The notes below the pieces were generated by a model. It searched no databases. It was not told where the DNA came from and saw only the letters and a list, made by a program, of their open reading frames with translations. The translations under genes and the position numbers were made by a program. Positions 62,901 through 64,000 of a stretch of 64,000 nt of DNA are shown in pieces; position 1 is the first letter of the stretch, and each line of letters starts with the position of its first letter. Origin of the DNA: Sphagnum compactum (Eukaryota); NCBI GenBank assembly GCA_965153455.1, contig OZ234493.1:36322213-36386212 (forward strand), read 5' to 3'.

Positions 62901-64000
62901 TCATATCTCTCACAGCAGCAGTGGGCACCTTCAATACATGCTTCACAATGAACCTCCTATCCTCTGTTCACCATGGTACTCAGATGCAGAGTCTTCAGCA
63001 GTGGTTGAAGATTGTCAAATCTTCGTTTGTTTTTCAACCTATGTTGTTAATGATCCATGTACCGTCTACCTACCAGCTAGTCTTCTAAATGCATAATCGT
63101 ATGTTTGGAAACAGTTGGACATGTCTTGGAATTATTTGCCAGCATCCTCATAGTCCATCATGTTCAAGTCTTCATCTTCAACCCTAAATACCTCACAATT
63201 AGCATTGTTGAATCATGTAATAACTCTTCATTTGATTATCCATGTGTAAATGCTGTGGACTTTCAAAGTTCTAAGCTTGGAATTAAAGTTTACTTGGAGA
63301 TTTATGCAAATCGCACCTTCAATTTTGATGTGCATAAATGCAGGTAACAAGATCATTCTTCCTTCCACTTGCACTTAAGTTTGTAAGAAGCACTTACAGT
63401 AAAGGCTATCCTCTATTACTACGCTCACGATGTAATATTCAAATGAATTTAAATTACTTTAAACTCCACACATATAGCAAAAATTTGCATATATTACATG
63501 TACAATGTGACTCATTGAAATTTACTTTATAAGTACTTTATTTGTTGCACAACATAGAATCATACTATATTGAAAACAACTTTAGACATTTAGTGGGTTT
63601 GAGTTTAAAGTTGTCGCTTGACCTTGACCTCGGGGTGTGTACATATGGCTTATAAGGCACATACTAAATCACATTATATGAATTAATGCATGTCCCAGCT
63701 CTTCACCAAAATATTATCCCCATCACACAAAGATAAGAACTTCCAACTGAAAAAATATCCCCATCACAAGGATAATAACCTCCCATAAGTGACCATCCTT
63801 AATGTCTTTGCATTGCAAGATCCATGAGGTTGCAGAGAAAACTCCATAATAAGTCTTTGAAGGTAACAATTATGTAAGTTCCAATAAACCAAGAGACATG
63901 ATAAGAATAACTGTCTTACCTCCTGCTAACTTCCACAGTTCCGAAGGATGGGTGCAGATAAATATGGAGCAATCTTTTCAAAATTTGGAGAAAATGATTG

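Overview
Eukaryotic, intron-rich land-plant nuclear DNA. A bryophyte such as a peat moss is plausible, but that is only inferred from gene style and transposon content. Four genes look intact, with GT-AG phases traced by hand: a CYP71-clan cytochrome P450 (+, 3 exons, 19003-21141), a CAT-family cationic amino acid transporter (-, 2 coding exons, 25597-27954), condensin I kleisin CAP-H (-, 12 exons, 45846-52487) and COG2 (+, 12 exons, 54512-59978). CAP-H and COG2 are head-to-head. The rest is transposon debris and gene fragments. These include a complete but inactivated GC-rich hAT element (16-bp TIRs, 8-bp TSD) inserted in a satellite-like repeat, a decayed CRE-like non-LTR retroelement, a decayed Ty3/gypsy internal region and MITE-like foldbacks. 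Intron-containing or decayed fragments of MCTP, SPF30, SMG8 and an oxysterol-binding protein gene are also present. I found no convincing new biological system. The best leads are the compositionally foreign hAT, the density of orphan gene fragments (including an apparent chimera), and a long inverted repeat pair bracketing about 8.7 kb of TE debris. All family calls come from motif recognition, not database searches.
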